A stretch of DNA of 48,549 nucleotides from an uncultured Salinarchaeum sp. (GCA_964489365.1 CAZAYR010000003.1:1-48549); one strand, 5' to 3'; shown: positions 27,779 to 37,641, numbered from the stretch's first letter. The notes: generated by a model not told the origin, from the sequence alone. Program-made: numbers and translations.

Positions 27779-28447
27779 TTAGGTAAAGCGCACGCCCAGG
27801 TCGTGCATCCCGTCGTTCTGCTTGGCGATGTTCAAGAGCAAGGGGGTGATGCCTTCGATCTCCGGTGCGTTCGCGAGCCCGCCGGCGTCTAATGGACGCA
27901 GCCCTTCGAGTTCGCGAGTGAGCTCGATCACTGTCGACCTGGCCACCGGGTCGTCAGCGACGACAGGCGTGTCGACCTGGAGTGTCGCATTCAGGTCGGC
28001 GAGCCGGTCGGCGGCGAGCGTGTGATACGCCCCGACCACCGGGTGGCCCGGCGGGGCACTGGCGGCGACGAGTTGGGTCACGCTCCCGTGCTCGGGTCGG
28101 TTGTAGTGAAAGCCCGCTTCGTCCCGTCGCATTCCGACAGCCGGACTGACGAGCACCGCCCCATCACCGAGTCGGCCTTCGATGGATTCGGTAAGCTCGC
28201 GGACGTGATACGGCGGGACCGCGAGGATCACGAGGTCCCCGCGTGCAGCGACAACCTCGTTGTGGGCCCCGGAGATGTTGGGGGAGCATCCTCGATCGAC
28301 TAGGGTGGCACGATAGGTCGCCGCGCGGTCCTCAGCTCGAGATGCCTCCCTGGATCCGATTCGAATGGCGTGGTCCGTATCACGCCCCATGCGCAAAGCA
28401 AGCCCCCGGCCGATGTCCCCGGTCCCCCCGAGAATCGCGATCTCCAT
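27779..28447 (-). CDS. npdG: NADPH-dependent F420 reductase family protein
   Basis: MEIAILGGTGDIGRGLALRM Rossmann start (CAT 28445-28447) and NpdG-like length (222 aa). The listed 49-aa extension was rejected. Confidence 0.75.
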   Translation of the reverse strand: MEIAILGGTGDIGRGLALRMGRDTDHAIRIGSREASRAEDRAATYRATLVDRGCSPNISGAHNEVVAARGDLVILAVPPYHVRELTESIEGRLGDGAVLVSPAVGMRRDEAGFHYNRPEHGSVTQLVAASAPPGHPVVGAYHTLAADRLADLNATLQVDTPVVADDPVARSTVIELTRELEGLRPLDAGGLANAPEIEGITPLLLNIAKQNDGMHDLGVRFT

Positions 28448-28602
28448 AGCCGCCCTCCGGCAAGTCGTCCCAAAAGAATTGTCACTCGTCTGCGCGCCGG
28501 AGTTACCCTTCAATATAGATTCGAGAGGGTCTTCGGATCGGTAGCACGGATAAGATGGTGGAGATTTTTCCGGGTTTCGGGGTATGTCCCACAAATCGCC
28601 TC

Positions 28603-28624
28603 GGAGTACATACTCCTATATACT
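28603..28624 (+). promoter_or_regulatory. perfect palindrome GGAGTA-CA-TACTCC abutting a TATATACT element upstream of pstS
   Basis: Read directly at 28603-28616 and 28617-24. A second TATA-like AATATATC lies at about 28676-28683, roughly 45 nt before the pstS ATG. Confidence 0.25.
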
Positions 28625-28726
28625 TCAGGATTCCCTACTGTGCCGTACCCCGCCAGGGGTTCCCACACCCACCGGAATATATCAAACTTAGAACAGTATT
28701 AGTAGCCCCAACGGTAACGCCTGATA

Positions 28727-29782
28727 ATGGCAAAGGCCTCAGGTACCCGGCGGCTCGTGAGTCGCCGTGCGGTCCTCGCGGGCGGCGCGGCAGCGGGCTT
28801 GCTCGCCTTCGCCGGGTACCTCACGCAGGACTCACACGAGGGTCCGTCGGGCCGGATTTACGGTTCGGGATCGAACACGGTGGCCCCCATCACTGACATC
28901 GCGGGGGAGGACTTTATGACGGAATTTCCCGGCGCCGCCGTCATCATTGCCCCGGAAGGGACGGGGGCAGGTTTCCAGGAGTTTTGTCGGGGGAACTCGG
29001 ATATTCAGAACGCGAGCCGGGACATCCTCACTCCCGAAAACGTCGAGGAGGGGGACATCTCGGAGACCGAGCTGTGCGCGGATCACGGCGTCGACTATTC
29101 CCAGTTCACGGTCGGTCGGGACGGTATCGCGGTCGGCGTGAGTGAAAGCAACGACTGGGTAGATCACTTCACCCTCGATGAACTACAGCGAATCTGGGAT
29201 TTTCAATCCGAGGTGACACAGTGGGACGACGTCCGCCAGGAATGGCCCGACGAGCCCATCCATCTACACGGCCGCGACAGCGGCTCCGGCACCTTCGATT
29301 ACTTCACCCGGGCGATCAACGGCGATATCGGGGCGATCCGGGATGACTACTCCGCGACGAGCCAAAACGACGAGGTCTGGTCCGCGGTCGCTGGGAATAC
29401 GTATGCCCTCGGTTGGGGTGCGGTCGGCCATCTTCGGGGGCTGCAGGAACAAGGGGGCGCGATCCGGGCGGTCCCGATCGAGAGCGACGAGGATCCGGGG
29501 AACTTCTATCCACCGACCGCCGAGCATATCGAGTCCGGTCAATACACCCCTCTGGCCCGTCCGCTTTTCGTTTTCGTGAGTCATTCGTCGCTCCGCGAGA
29601 AACCGGATCTCCTCGGCTCGTTCTTTCGATATTACTTCAATCACCAGCAAACGTTGGCTCGGGAGGTCGACTTCTTCGCGACGTCGGATGCACAAGTGAT
29701 CGACAACCACGACACTCTCGATGCCCTCCTCGAGGAGCTCGGGATCGACCCGGTCGAGTTGACGGTCGGGCGGGAGGTGTGA
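28727..29782 (+). CDS. pstS: phosphate ABC transporter substrate-binding protein, Tat signal
   Basis: Twin-arginine leader TRRLVSRRAVLAGGAAAGLLAFAG, a PBP-like body (SGSNTVAP...GTGAGF...) and operon context. Confidence 0.9.
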   Translation: MAKASGTRRLVSRRAVLAGGAAAGLLAFAGYLTQDSHEGPSGRIYGSGSNTVAPITDIAGEDFMTEFPGAAVIIAPEGTGAGFQEFCRGNSDIQNASRDILTPENVEEGDISETELCADHGVDYSQFTVGRDGIAVGVSESNDWVDHFTLDELQRIWDFQSEVTQWDDVRQEWPDEPIHLHGRDSGSGTFDYFTRAINGDIGAIRDDYSATSQNDEVWSAVAGNTYALGWGAVGHLRGLQEQGGAIRAVPIESDEDPGNFYPPTAEHIESGQYTPLARPLFVFVSHSSLREKPDLLGSFFRYYFNHQQTLAREVDFFATSDAQVIDNHDTLDALLEELGIDPVELTVGREV

Positions 29783-29783
29783 G

Positions 29784-30869
29784 ATGGCGGCTGAGGACGG
29801 GGGACCGGATCGGGCATTGGAGGCCGCCCATGTGGAAAATCGGCGGATGCGACGCGTGCTCTTCGGCTGTGCGGCGATTACGGTCCTCACAACCCTGGCG
29901 ATCTTCGCCGTTCTCCTCGATAATGCGACGAGCTTCTTTTTCAGTTCCCGCGTAAGTACCGTGTTCGCGGAGTTGGTTCAGGAACGGAGCCTCGCACCGC
30001 TCTCGGAATTCGGACAAGTCATCTCGTTCACCGAGTTTGCGACGGGGACCCGGTGGGCCCCCGACCACGCGGTCCCGTCCTATGGCGTCCTGCCGATCGT
30101 CTGGGGCACGCTGGCGATCACGATCGGCGCCGCCGCGATCTCCGTTCCGATCGGCACCGCCACGGCGCTGTACCTCTCCGAGTACGCCTCCGACACGATG
30201 CGCGATCGCCTCAAACCGGCCCTCGAGATCCTGGCGGGCATTCCGACCATCGTTTACGGCTATTTCGCCATCTCGTTCATCACGCCATACGTGATTGGCC
30301 TACTCGCTGGGGGCGCCCGGGGACTCGGCGGGCTCGTCGCGGATATCGCGTATCTGGCGCCGTCGATCCTCGAACCGCTCGCGGGGAGCATGACCGGTGT
30401 CAACGTCGGCCGGTACAGCATGCTCTCGGGCATCATCGTCGTCGGCATCATGACGATCCCCATGGTCTCCTCGATCAGCGAGGATGCGATGCATGCGGTC
30501 CCCGACGACCTCCGCGACGGGGCGTATGCCTTGGGCGCAACCAAGTTCGACGTCTCCGTGGGCATCGTCCTCCCGGCGGCGATCTCGGGGATCCTGGCCT
30601 CGTACATCCTCGCGGTCTCGCGGGCGATCGGCGAGACGATGGCCGTGACGCTCGCGGCCGGGTTCAACGCGAACTTGACCGCCAACCCCTTCGAGGAAAT
30701 CATGACGATGACGGCCTACATGGTCTCGATGGCCCGGGGCACCTCCGCGGTGGGGACGGTCGAATATCAGAGCCTCTTCGCGGTCGGGCTCGTGCTTTTC
30801 CTCATGACGCTGGCGATGAACCTCCTCAACGACCTGTTCAAACGACGCTTCCAGGAGGAATACCAATGA
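29784..30869 (+). CDS. pstC: phosphate ABC transporter permease PstC
   Basis: Multi-pass permease with the EAA-like loop (DAMHAVPDDLRDGAYALGATKFD). It starts 2 nt after the pstS stop. Confidence 0.9.
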   Translation: MAAEDGGPDRALEAAHVENRRMRRVLFGCAAITVLTTLAIFAVLLDNATSFFFSSRVSTVFAELVQERSLAPLSEFGQVISFTEFATGTRWAPDHAVPSYGVLPIVWGTLAITIGAAAISVPIGTATALYLSEYASDTMRDRLKPALEILAGIPTIVYGYFAISFITPYVIGLLAGGARGLGGLVADIAYLAPSILEPLAGSMTGVNVGRYSMLSGIIVVGIMTIPMVSSISEDAMHAVPDDLRDGAYALGATKFDVSVGIVLPAAISGILASYILAVSRAIGETMAVTLAAGFNANLTANPFEEIMTMTAYMVSMARGTSAVGTVEYQSLFAVGLVLFLMTLAMNLLNDLFKRRFQEEYQ

Positions 30870-31765
30870 GCCTCGCCGATCTCGATCTAGCAGTCCCCGA
30901 AAGCGCGCTCGGCTGGGCGAAGCTCAAGGAACGGCTCTTCCATGCGCTGTTGCTCGTGGCCTCGAGCGTCGGGGTCATCGCCCTCGTGTTCCTCTTCGCC
31001 GACGTAATCTATGAAGCTTGGTCGGGGATGACGGAGTATGGGATCGGCCCCATCGAATTCCTCACCCGGACCTCGTCCGCCCGGCCGGAGCAGGCCGGAT
31101 TCCTCGCCGCGATCGTGGCCTCGTTCTGGTTGCTCGTCCTCACCGCGATCCTCGCGTTTTTCGTCGGGGTCGGCTGTGCGATCTATCTGGTCGAGTACGC
31201 CCCGGACAACCGAACCACCCGGCTCATCGAGGCGAACCTTTCGAATCTCGCCGGCGTCCCCTCGATCGTCTACGGGCTCCTCGTGTTAGCCGCGGTCGTG
31301 AACGGGATCGGACTCGGGGGTGTGGTCCTGTCCGGGGCGATCGCGCTCGCCTTGCTCGTCATGCCGATCATCATCGTCGCGAGCATCGAGGCGCTTCGGG
31401 CGGTGCCCGACGGCGTGCGTGACGGCTCCGCCGCGACCGGCGCCACCCGGTGGCAGACGATCCGGGAAGTCGTCCTCCCCGCGGCCATGCCGGGGATCAT
31501 CACGGGTACGATCCTCGCGCTCGCCCGGGCCATCGGGGAAACCGCACCGCTGATCATGGTCGGCGCGCTGCTCCACGCGCGACGGATTCCGGGTCCGCTC
31601 GAGTACTTCAGCGCGATGCCCACGCAGATCTACAACTGGACGTTCCTGGCCGACCCTCGCTTCGGGGCGCTCGCCGCCCTCGGGATCGTCGTGCTCCTGG
31701 CCGTGCTGCTGGGCATGAACGGCATCGCGGTGTATCTGCGGCGACGATACGAAACGGAGATCTGA
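30866..31765 (+). CDS. pstA: phosphate ABC transporter permease PstA
   Basis: The ATG at 30866 overlaps the pstC stop (ATGA). Contains EALRAVPDGVRDGSAATGATRWQ. The listed 570-aa ORF is an out-of-frame upstream extension through pstC. Confidence 0.9.
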   Translation: MSLADLDLAVPESALGWAKLKERLFHALLLVASSVGVIALVFLFADVIYEAWSGMTEYGIGPIEFLTRTSSARPEQAGFLAAIVASFWLLVLTAILAFFVGVGCAIYLVEYAPDNRTTRLIEANLSNLAGVPSIVYGLLVLAAVVNGIGLGGVVLSGAIALALLVMPIIIVASIEALRAVPDGVRDGSAATGATRWQTIREVVLPAAMPGIITGTILALARAIGETAPLIMVGALLHARRIPGPLEYFSAMPTQIYNWTFLADPRFGALAALGIVVLLAVLLGMNGIAVYLRRRYETEI

Positions 31766-31768
31766 TCA

Positions 31769-32614
31769 ATGGCCATGCCAAACCCCACCGAAGGCGTGAT
31801 TGAAACGGAGTTCGAACAGCAATCCCGGCCCGAAGACCCCGAGGAGGGGACGGGACCGGACACCGCCATCGAGGCGCGGCACCTCGACGTCTACTACGGC
31901 GAGGACCAGGCCCTCGACGACGTCTCGGCGGAGATCCCCGAACACCGGGTGACGGCCATCATCGGGCCATCCGGGTGCGGGAAGTCGACGTTCCTGCGAT
32001 CGATCAACCGCATGAACGATCGGATCGATGGCTGCCACGTCGACGGCGAGTTGCTGTTCCGCGGCAAGAACGTCTACGACGAGGACGTCGATCCCGTCGG
32101 GCTCCGACGCCGCATTGGGATGGTCTTCCAGAAACCGAACCCGTTTCCCAAATCCATCTACGATAACGTCGCATACGGGCTCCGCATTCAGGGCAAGGCC
32201 CCCGAGGTGGATCTGGATACCGAGGTCGAGCGTGCGCTCCGTTCGGCGGCGCTCTGGGACGAGGTCAAGGACCAACTCGACGAATCCGGCCTCGAGCTAT
32301 CCGGCGGCCAGCAACAACGGCTCTGCATCGCCCGGGCGATCGCGCCGGACCCGGAAGTCATCCTGATGGACGAGCCCGCCTCGGCGCTCGATCCCGTCGC
32401 GACAGCGAAGATCGAGGACCTCATCGACGACCTGGCGAAGGATTATACCGTCGTGATCGTGACTCATAACATGCAACAGGCGGCTCGGATCTCCGACCGC
32501 ACCGCCGTGTTCCTGACCGGCGGGCAGCTCGTCGAATTCGACGATACCCAGCAGATCTTCGAGGATCCCGCCGATCAGCGCGTCGAGGATTACATCACCG
32601 GGAAGTTCGGGTGA
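31769..32614 (+). CDS. pstB: phosphate ABC transporter ATP-binding protein PstB
   Basis: Walker [10 protein letters not shown], signature LSGGQQQR, Walker B ILMDEP, and the PstB-typical FRGKNVYD...VDPV. Confidence 0.95.
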   Translation: MAMPNPTEGVIETEFEQQSRPEDPEEGTGPDTAIEARHLDVYYGEDQALDDVSAEIPEHRVTAIIGPSGCGKSTFLRSINRMNDRIDGCHVDGELLFRGKNVYDEDVDPVGLRRRIGMVFQKPNPFPKSIYDNVAYGLRIQGKAPEVDLDTEVERALRSAALWDEVKDQLDESGLELSGGQQQRLCIARAIAPDPEVILMDEPASALDPVATAKIEDLIDDLAKDYTVVIVTHNMQQAARISDRTAVFLTGGQLVEFDDTQQIFEDPADQRVEDYITGKFG

Positions 32615-32650
32615 CGATGAGCGCCACGTCCCTCCTATAGGGCGCAACGT

Positions 32651-33532
32651 TCAGAAGTATTGGCCGGGATCGAGCGGCTGCCCACGGCCAATCGTCTCGA
32701 TCATATGATCCGTCAGGGCGGCGACATTGATAGCGCGCCAAGCCCCGTCGAAGACGGCTACGACGGGCTCATTCCGGTGTGGTTCCGGCAAACACCCCGC
32801 CGGGATGTCGATCGTCGGTTCAAGGAACATGTACTCCCGGCCGTCGATCGATAGCAGCGTTCCGTCGGGGCACGGGACCGATTCGGCCGGGACCCCGACA
32901 CCCGCATGTCCAGGGAACACGACGATGAGGCCTTGGAATCCCGGCGACAGGGCATCCAGTACTCCAGCGAGAAGAATGGCGAGATCCTCGCAATCCCCCG
33001 CATACTCAACGAGCGTTTCGTTCGCGTATTTCGGATATTCCTGCACTCCCTTGTGCTCCAGATCAGTCACATACGCGATGGATTGGACGAGGTCCGTGGC
33101 AACCCGGACGCGATCCAGTTCGTCCCGGATACCGCGGGCGTGCAAAGCGTGGGTTAGGTTCTCGGCGAGGCGTTCGAGGGCAGGGTTCGAAAGGGCATCG
33201 TCGTAGCATCGCGGGATGCTTCGCTCGGCGCTGGAAGCGGTCGTAAATCGAGACGCGGATACCTCCACCCCGACGTTCCACTGGTAGTCCAACGATTCCC
33301 ACCGAAACGTCAGCTCGTACACGCTGTTCGTTCTTTTTCGAGTGAAGGTCGGCTTGAACACCTCGCGAGGGACGTCCGATGTGTCCGCCTCGCTCCGTTC
33401 ATGCCCGAGCACATCTTCCCATCGAGAGCCCAAAGCGGATACAACGACCCCGCCCGTAATGAGAACCCCCCGTCGGGTGATCTGCGCTCCATTCGACTCC
33501 GTCTCCTGGCGGTCATTCGATCGTGATCTCAT
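32651..33532 (-). CDS. Tat-exported transglutaminase-like (papain-fold Cys-His-Asp/Glu) domain protein
   Basis: Twin-arginine leader ITRRGVLITGGVVVSALG. Triad-like core: GDCEDLAILLAGVL (Cys), FPGHAGVGV (His), YMFLEPT (acidic). G+C is visibly lower than in the pst genes. Confidence 0.65.
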   Translation of the reverse strand: MRSRSNDRQETESNGAQITRRGVLITGGVVVSALGSRWEDVLGHERSEADTSDVPREVFKPTFTRKRTNSVYELTFRWESLDYQWNVGVEVSASRFTTASSAERSIPRCYDDALSNPALERLAENLTHALHARGIRDELDRVRVATDLVQSIAYVTDLEHKGVQEYPKYANETLVEYAGDCEDLAILLAGVLDALSPGFQGLIVVFPGHAGVGVPAESVPCPDGTLLSIDGREYMFLEPTIDIPAGCLPEPHRNEPVVAVFDGAWRAINVAALTDHMIETIGRGQPLDPGQYF

Positions 33533-33987
33533 TGTGGTCAGAAATTCGGGATTCGTTTCGCCGACGTCTCCGGTGCGTGCCGAGGTACCGGTATTCGGCG
33601 AGTTTCCGTCCGGGCAAGGGCAGGATTTGGATGAGACGCAACCAGCAAAGCGCTTGGTAATAGGTCAATACGGTGTGTGGGTGGATCTCGGAATACTCCG
33701 GACTCCTCCATACCGGCCTATAGCTCGTGCCGCGTGGACGGCTCGCCTCGAATCGGAATCACGATGTAGCCCACCTCCGCCATTGGACACCCGATTCCAT
33801 GCCCAGTTCTTGCGCAATTCACGGGGATAGGGAAGTGTCGTCCCAGGCACGTGAGCCGGACACCCTCACGGGATTCCATCGCTCACTCGTTGGTCTGCTA
33901 TGATCGCGATTCAGCGGAGAATCTGAGCGTGACGAACGACCAGACGAATCAGAGAGCGAGCCAGGGGCGGACTTCGAGAAGCCAATC

Positions 33988-34416
33988 TCATTGGGTTACT
34001 GTCACAAGGTTCTGGGATGGGACCGAGAGATGCGAGCGGGCCAGTCTCGTTGCCCCCTCTTCGACCGCTGACTCGACGGCCGATTGGCCCTTCATGAGAA
34101 AGCAGTTCCATCCGGACCTCCTCGTATGCCGCACCGACTTCTTGAAGATGCCCTCCGGGTGGGCCGTGTACTGGCGAACCACCACGTAGAATGGTTCTGG
34201 ATGGTGGACGATGGAAACATCATACCCGTGCGAGCGGAGGAATCGTTTGACAGCATCGAATTCCTCAACCGGTACCTCGAACCGGTACTGTCGTCCATTA
34301 TAGAACGGTTTTAGCCGCTGAAACACTACATCGCCTTCAAAATAGTGTTTGAATAATACGTCTTTCTCTATCGGGAATGCATGTACGGCTTCGAGGGGCC
34401 TACTCCCTGCGGCCAT
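33988..34416 (-). CDS. hypothetical protein (142 aa), probably a conserved haloarchaeal family of unknown function
   Basis: The only coherent ORF here. FYNGRQYRFEVPVEEFDAVKRFLRSHGYDV...CFLMKGQSAVESAVEEGATRLA resembles small haloarchaeal proteins I recall but cannot name. Confidence 0.5.
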   Translation of the reverse strand: MAAGSRPLEAVHAFPIEKDVLFKHYFEGDVVFQRLKPFYNGRQYRFEVPVEEFDAVKRFLRSHGYDVSIVHHPEPFYVVVRQYTAHPEGIFKKSVRHTRRSGWNCFLMKGQSAVESAVEEGATRLARSHLSVPSQNLVTVTQ

Positions 34417-34703
34417 GAGATATGTAACGGGCGGCCTGGCAAAAATCTATTGGGTATCTGATATATAGTCATCGTTACACCTCTCAAGGCGTATCTAGCT
34501 ATATGTTTTAGGACTCGATGGTCCCGATCACGGCGACTCACGGGCGTTGGGCCAGGTGTGCTGATCGAAACGATGGGCAAAGCGTTGCCCACCGCGGGCG
34601 TTCCCGCGGCGATCCATTGAGCACTCCATAGAGATATATTCCATCAATTACCTATCAGTATCAAAATACTTTTCCTCCACCACGCCTAGCCTACACTCGA
34701 GTG

Positions 34704-35390
34704 ATGCCCGCCGATTCGTGGCCCGGTGAACTCCGGTCCGTTGCAGAGCAAATTACCCGGCCGCGAGAGTGGGCCGACTCGGATATCGTTCCGGCGAGTA
34801 TGTCGATCGCGGATAGTTGTACCCTCCTGGCAGTGCTGACAGCCTGGGTAGGGATTGTGCTGATGCTCGCGGGCGATCTCCACGCGGGGATCCTCGTCGT
34901 CTTCGGTGCCTTCGGCTTCGACACACTGGACGATCACATTGCCCATTGGACAGGAACGTCCCGGTCGTTCGGTCGGCTCATGGCAACACTGATTGACACA
35001 TCCGCATACGCCATCCCATCACTACTCGTACTCCATTACGGCGTCGCACCCAACGACATGGTCTCACTCTCCGTAAGTTCCCTCATGCTTGGGTTTGGTG
35101 GATACCGGTTGGTGAGAATCGGAGGCGTCAGGCCCGGCTCCGGATTGGATGGACCAGGTGCCCCGGGGATGACATGGGTGCATATGTCGATTCTCATCGT
35201 GGCGAACTTCGTTGCGATCGAAACCGTGCCACTTTGGCAAGAGTGGCATGCGACTGTAACAGTCGCGCTGGCGAGCCCCCTTATGATCTCGAAGGGGTGG
35301 AGCCACGACACTACGGGGATCCGTTTCCTCGGGGGAGTCCTCGTGTACGTGCTTGCGGGCCTCGTGGCAATTCTAGGTTACGCGAATTGA
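34704..35390 (+). CDS. integral membrane protein, divergent CDP-alcohol phosphatidyltransferase-like
   Basis: Six or so hydrophobic spans. DTLDDHIAHWTGTSRSFGRLMATLID keeps the exact spacing of D-x2-DG-x2-AR-x8-G-x3-D-x3-D but has DG->DD, AR->AH and D->A. The ATG at 34704 follows the listed GTG. Confidence 0.5.
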   Translation: MPADSWPGELRSVAEQITRPREWADSDIVPASMSIADSCTLLAVLTAWVGIVLMLAGDLHAGILVVFGAFGFDTLDDHIAHWTGTSRSFGRLMATLIDTSAYAIPSLLVLHYGVAPNDMVSLSVSSLMLGFGGYRLVRIGGVRPGSGLDGPGAPGMTWVHMSILIVANFVAIETVPLWQEWHATVTVALASPLMISKGWSHDTTGIRFLGGVLVYVLAGLVAILGYAN

Positions 35391-36079
35391 GGGACGAGGC
35401 CGACGGGGCAGTTGCCATCGTATCTGGCGTTGCTACCCCCGTCGCGTCCCTAGGCATCCTTGAGTGAGTCATTCCGATCTCATTCGACGGGAGTCGTTCA
35501 GTGCGGCACCGATCCGACATAGCTCTATAGCTAACAACTAGCAGCCCTGAAGGAGCCAGAGCGGGACGATAACCTGGGCAGGGAACCCGTACCGGGACCG
35601 ATCCTGCATCCGTTCTGCCCCAGAGTCCGATGCCATCCTCGGCTCCCCCCTGCCTACTCTTTTCCCTCGCCCGTGATGGGAGTCGTGTACCGGTAGGTCC
35701 CCCTGGAGGACTTAACACAGATACTCATACCATCGGCCGGCAGCGGTGTGAAAATCCGGGTCGATGACTCAGCGCCTGTATCGCCCCCGCCAGTTACAAT
35801 TGAGTGGAATCCGTCGCCGGATGATCGAGGGGCAAGCGGTTGCGCTCGCGGATCCGCCCGAAAGCCTCGGAAGGAAACCGGCGCGTGAGTCAGGGCGGTA
35901 GAGGGATATCACGGCGGATCGGGCTCCCACCGGGGTGAACGGGCTGTTGACAATGTTCTGATCGATCGAGCAAGGGATTATACATTCGACCGAGTATCAG
36001 CTTCTATGGACCGGTTGCGCCGGACTTCAGGCGGGATGGTCGCCAGCAAATTCGCCGTGGACGTCGGGAGGTATTGACG

Positions 36080-36742
36080 ATGCCACGCCAGGCCTACCAG
36101 GACCGACTCGACGATCTCCGCGCGAACGTCGTGACCATGGCCGACGAAGTACTGGACCGCTACGACGACGCTATCTATGCCATGGAGCATCGTGACGCGG
36201 CCCTCGCCGAGGAAATCATCGTCGGCGACCACGAGATCAACGAGCGGTATCTCGAACTCGAAGGGGACTGCATCGACCTCCTGGCGCTCCAACAGCCAGT
36301 GGCGGGGGATCTTCGGTTCATCGCAGCGTCGTTCAAGATCATCACCGACCTCGAACGGATCGGGGATCTGGCGACGAACCTCGCCCGATACGGCAAGGAG
36401 GGCGAAGGGGAACTGCATCCGGCGGTCCGGCTCGACTCGATCGCCGGCGCCGCCAAGGAGATGGTCGAGGACTCGATGGTGGCCTACGCGGATGAACGCC
36501 CGGAACTCTGCTATGAGATCGCCGATCGTGATGACGAACTCGACGCCGAGTGCGAGCGGGCGAGCGAGGAGATCCTGAAGCAACTGATCACAGATACGCC
36601 CACGGACGCGGAGAAACAATTCCAGGACGCGTCGCTGGCGTTCTTCACGATCCGCGACATCGAGCGGGTCGGCGACCACGCCGTCAACATCGCCGCACGG
36701 ACCCTCTACATGATCGAAAACGATAGCGAACTCATTTATTAA
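36080..36742 (+). CDS. phoU: phosphate signalling/uptake regulator PhoU
   Basis: MPRQAYQDRLDDLRANVVTMAD... and two PhoU repeats (E-x3-D motifs ERIGDLATN and ERVGDHAVN). Start set at ATG 36080, two codons inside the listed TTG. Confidence 0.9.
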   Translation: MPRQAYQDRLDDLRANVVTMADEVLDRYDDAIYAMEHRDAALAEEIIVGDHEINERYLELEGDCIDLLALQQPVAGDLRFIAASFKIITDLERIGDLATNLARYGKEGEGELHPAVRLDSIAGAAKEMVEDSMVAYADERPELCYEIADRDDELDAECERASEEILKQLITDTPTDAEKQFQDASLAFFTIRDIERVGDHAVNIAARTLYMIENDSELIY

Positions 36743-36825
36743 CGAGCCGATATTCGTCCCTTAAATCTAGGCGCCGGGGCGAAAGCCCCACACTACAATC
36801 AAGGCGGCCCGCGTCCAGTCATCGC

Positions 36826-37641
36826 ATGCATGGGCTCATCCTGGCCCCGGGTGAGCCGAGCGGGGGCGAGCCCACATTGCCCGCTCCCTTCCGCGAGGTG
36901 GGGGGCAAGCCACTTCTCGCGCACCAGCTCGCCGCGCTCGCCCCCGTCTGCGATGCCGTCACCGTCGTAATCGGCCGGGGATTCGTGGACACCGACACCG
37001 ACCCCGCCATCCCGTTACCCCCGACCGACGTCGAGATTCGGGTGCGCCAACGCGGCCTGCAGGACCCACCGCCCGAGGTCGATGAAACGCGGGTTCGGAC
37101 GCACATCCGGACCGACGAGGCCGTCGACCTCACGGCGGTCGTGTTGCCACACTGGGCGGAGGTGGGAACGGCCGACGCCTGTCGCCAGGGGCTCCGGACG
37201 TGCCGGGACGACACGATGATCCTTGATGGCGACGTGCTTCCCCGAGGGGAGGTCGTGGCTCGCATCGCGGCCGAGTACCGTCGTCGCATCGAGGAATCGG
37301 GCCGGAGCGTCATGGGGATCATCCCTGACGGGGACTCGGATGTCCTCTCCGTCGATTGGAACGTGAACGGTCGAGTGACGACGTTCGGCGAGGATGCCGC
37401 CCACGGGGTCGCCGGACTCCACCTGCTCCACCGGAACCACCTCGCCGATCTGACGGGGCTGCTCGACCAACACCCGACCGAGTCGTACCCGCTCTTCCTC
37501 CCTGCAGTCGATGCCACCTTCCTTCCGGTCCCCGAGGACGGCCACGTCCGACTCGACGGCAATACTGGCACGGGAGCCGCCACATCTGCCCTGGAGCGAT
37601 GGGAGGGCGGCACCGCGCCGGAAGCGGGGCAGCTTCGGTAA
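36826..37641 (+). CDS. nucleotidyltransferase (NTP_transferase/MobA-like fold) family protein
   Basis: The N-terminus HGLILAPGEPSGG...PAPFREVGGKPLLAHQL fits the GxG...K/R..v.G.pll motif of sugar-nucleotidyl/MobA-like transferases. The rest is unassigned. Confidence 0.5.
   Translation: MHGLILAPGEPSGGEPTLPAPFREVGGKPLLAHQLAALAPVCDAVTVVIGRGFVDTDTDPAIPLPPTDVEIRVRQRGLQDPPPEVDETRVRTHIRTDEAVDLTAVVLPHWAEVGTADACRQGLRTCRDDTMILDGDVLPRGEVVARIAAEYRRRIEESGRSVMGIIPDGDSDVLSVDWNVNGRVTTFGEDAAHGVAGLHLLHRNHLADLTGLLDQHPTESYPLFLPAVDATFLPVPEDGHVRLDGNTGTGAATSALERWEGGTAPEAGQLR

Noticed and set aside
30053-31765. 570-aa ORF suggesting a large fused PstA
   Set aside because: The first 271 codons are an alternative frame through pstC (Arg/Pro/Gly-rich). 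Genuine PstA begins at the ATG at 30866, which overlaps the pstC stop.
33533-33987. 455-bp spacer with small ORFs (for example 33665-33850, 61 aa; 33342-33830; 33851-34189)
   Set aside because: The translations are basic or low-complexity without motifs, and the frames overlap each other. No support for coding.
35865-35881. CCTCGGAAGGAAACCGG, reminiscent of the SRP RNA helix-8 GGAA tetraloop region
   Set aside because: The invariant AGCA / GNAR partner motifs and the long helix-5 pairing are not present nearby on either strand. I do not consider it an SRP RNA.
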